DNA from: Bdellovibrionaceae bacterium UBA6776
GTDB lineage: Bacteria > Bdellovibrionota > Bdellovibrionia > Bdellovibrionales > UBA1609
Length of the DNA stretch: 64,000 nucleotides
Assembly: GCA_002453155.1 (NCBI GenBank)
Contig: DKGG01000039.1
Coordinates: 3,714-67,713 of the forward strand
Direction of reading: 5' to 3'
Every line of letters begins with the position of its first letter. Position 1 is the stretch's first letter. The position numbers were made by a program, and so were the translations under genes. Of this stretch, positions 63,244 to 64,000 are shown in pieces. Below the pieces are notes generated by a model. It was not told the origin of the DNA, searched no databases, and saw only the letters and a list, made by a program, of their open reading frames with translations.

Positions 63244-64000
63244 ATGAAATATGCTGCAATTGTTCTTATAGCTCTTTTGGGCGTCGGAATTTTATTTTGG
63301 GAGATGGCTTTTGAACGGGTCATCTTGCCTTCGGGTTCCGTTCAGGTTCCTGAAACTCAAGTCTTGGATGTTCCCAAAGGCTCCACCTTCCGATCGGTGG
63401 CCAAAAAATTGGCCGATCAAAACATCATCTCAAATCCTCGGGCATTCTTACTTTACCTGAAACTGAAAGGGGAGAGCCAAGGACTTAAGGTGGGCGAATA
63501 CGAAATTCAATCTGGGCTCCATTTGAAAGATCTCCTAGGAATTTTGACTTCGGGAAAATCAAAGCAATATGCAATCACCTTTCCGGAAGGTTCTAATATT
63601 TTTGAGATGGCGGATCTATTGGAAGCTACTGGGCGCTTCCGTGCAGAGGAGTTTCTTAGGGAAGTTCGAAATCCTGAAGTGGTGCAAAAATTGATTGGTC
63701 AAAGATTTCCAAGTCTTGAAGGTTACCTTTTTCCGGAGACCTATCAGTACACAAAATTTACAACTCTCAAAGAAATGGTTCGATCCATGACCGATCGATT
63801 TTTAAAAGTCTACGAAGAGGTTTCCATGGGCTACCAAGGACCTTTGAAACGTCATGAGATTGTAACTTTAGCGAGTGTGATTGAAAAAGAGACGGGAGCT
63901 CCTGGTGAAAGACCTTTGATTTCTTCGGTTTTTCACAATCGATTGAAAAAGGGAATGCGCTTGCAAAGTGACCCTACAATTATTTATGGGTATTGGGTTG
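63244..64000 (+). CDS. mltG: Endolytic murein transglycosylase MltG/YceG (3-prime end beyond the window)
   Basis: This is my own translation; it is not in the track because no stop lies in the window. It has the N-terminal TM helix MKYAAIVLIALLGVGILF, then FPEGSNIFEMADLL, LEGYLFPETY, LASVIEKETG and LQSDPTIIYG. Confidence 0.85.
   Translation, partial: MKYAAIVLIALLGVGILFWEMAFERVILPSGSVQVPETQVLDVPKGSTFRSVAKKLADQNIISNPRAFLLYLKLKGESQGLKVGEYEIQSGLHLKDLLGILTSGKSKQYAITFPEGSNIFEMADLLEATGRFRAEEFLREVRNPEVVQKLIGQRFPSLEGYLFPETYQYTKFTTLKEMVRSMTDRFLKVYEEVSMGYQGPLKRHEIVTLASVIEKETGAPGERPLISSVFHNRLKKGMRLQSDPTIIYGYWV

Noticed and set aside
1-64000. Search by eye for rRNA, tRNA, CRISPR arrays, transposases, integrases and reverse transcriptases
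   Set aside because: I saw no T-loop or acceptor-like tRNA signatures, no regularly spaced direct repeats, and no ORF with DDE, tyrosine- or serine-recombinase or RT motifs. Absence by eye is not proof; tRNAscan, Infernal and an HMM scan would settle it.

Overview
This is a densely coding 64-kb bacterial chromosomal window with about 60 CDS, many with 1-14 nt overlaps. I recognised no rRNA, tRNA or CRISPR. Most of it is core housekeeping. In order: mfd (partial), a nuoA-H-J-K-L-M-N cluster, patatin-like lipase, lon, and a hemW-grpE-J-protein-lipoprotein operon. Then an M16 peptidase, corA, tatB-tatC, and a propionyl-CoA to succinyl-CoA operon (pccB, biotin carboxylase, BCCP, mutase large subunit). 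Then asnS, an S8 protease, deoC-deoA-punA, pilT, rng, and rplU-rpmA-obg-nadD/rsfS-rlmH. Finally comF, rimO, hpt, bamD, an AST-like arginine/ornithine catabolic cluster and mltG (partial). Gene content (nucleoside salvage, secreted proteases and lipases, PilT, many lipoproteins) gives a Bdellovibrio-like impression, which I did not test. I found no convincing new multi-gene system such as a defence island, RT, recombinase or toxin module. The best candidates for follow-up are listed here. (1) A two-gene insertion between tatC and the mutase operon, where each gene is followed by the same ~100-bp structured module, ending in a 143-bp element with 33-bp perfect inverted repeats. (2) A separate 33-bp perfect palindrome plus a 53-nt G-free tract between nuoN and the patatin gene. 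(3) A nuo cluster holding exactly the seven membrane-arm subunits and none of the peripheral arm. (4) Unusual architectures: a NadD-RsfS fusion, L21 with a lysine-rich tail, PilT with a Pro/Ala-rich tail, a split PCC alpha, and a mutase lacking its B12 domain. (5) An AST-like cluster with an M20 deacylase in place of AstE and no AstB. Non-ORF coordinates were hand-indexed and anchored to ORF-track boundaries. They could be off by a base or two.
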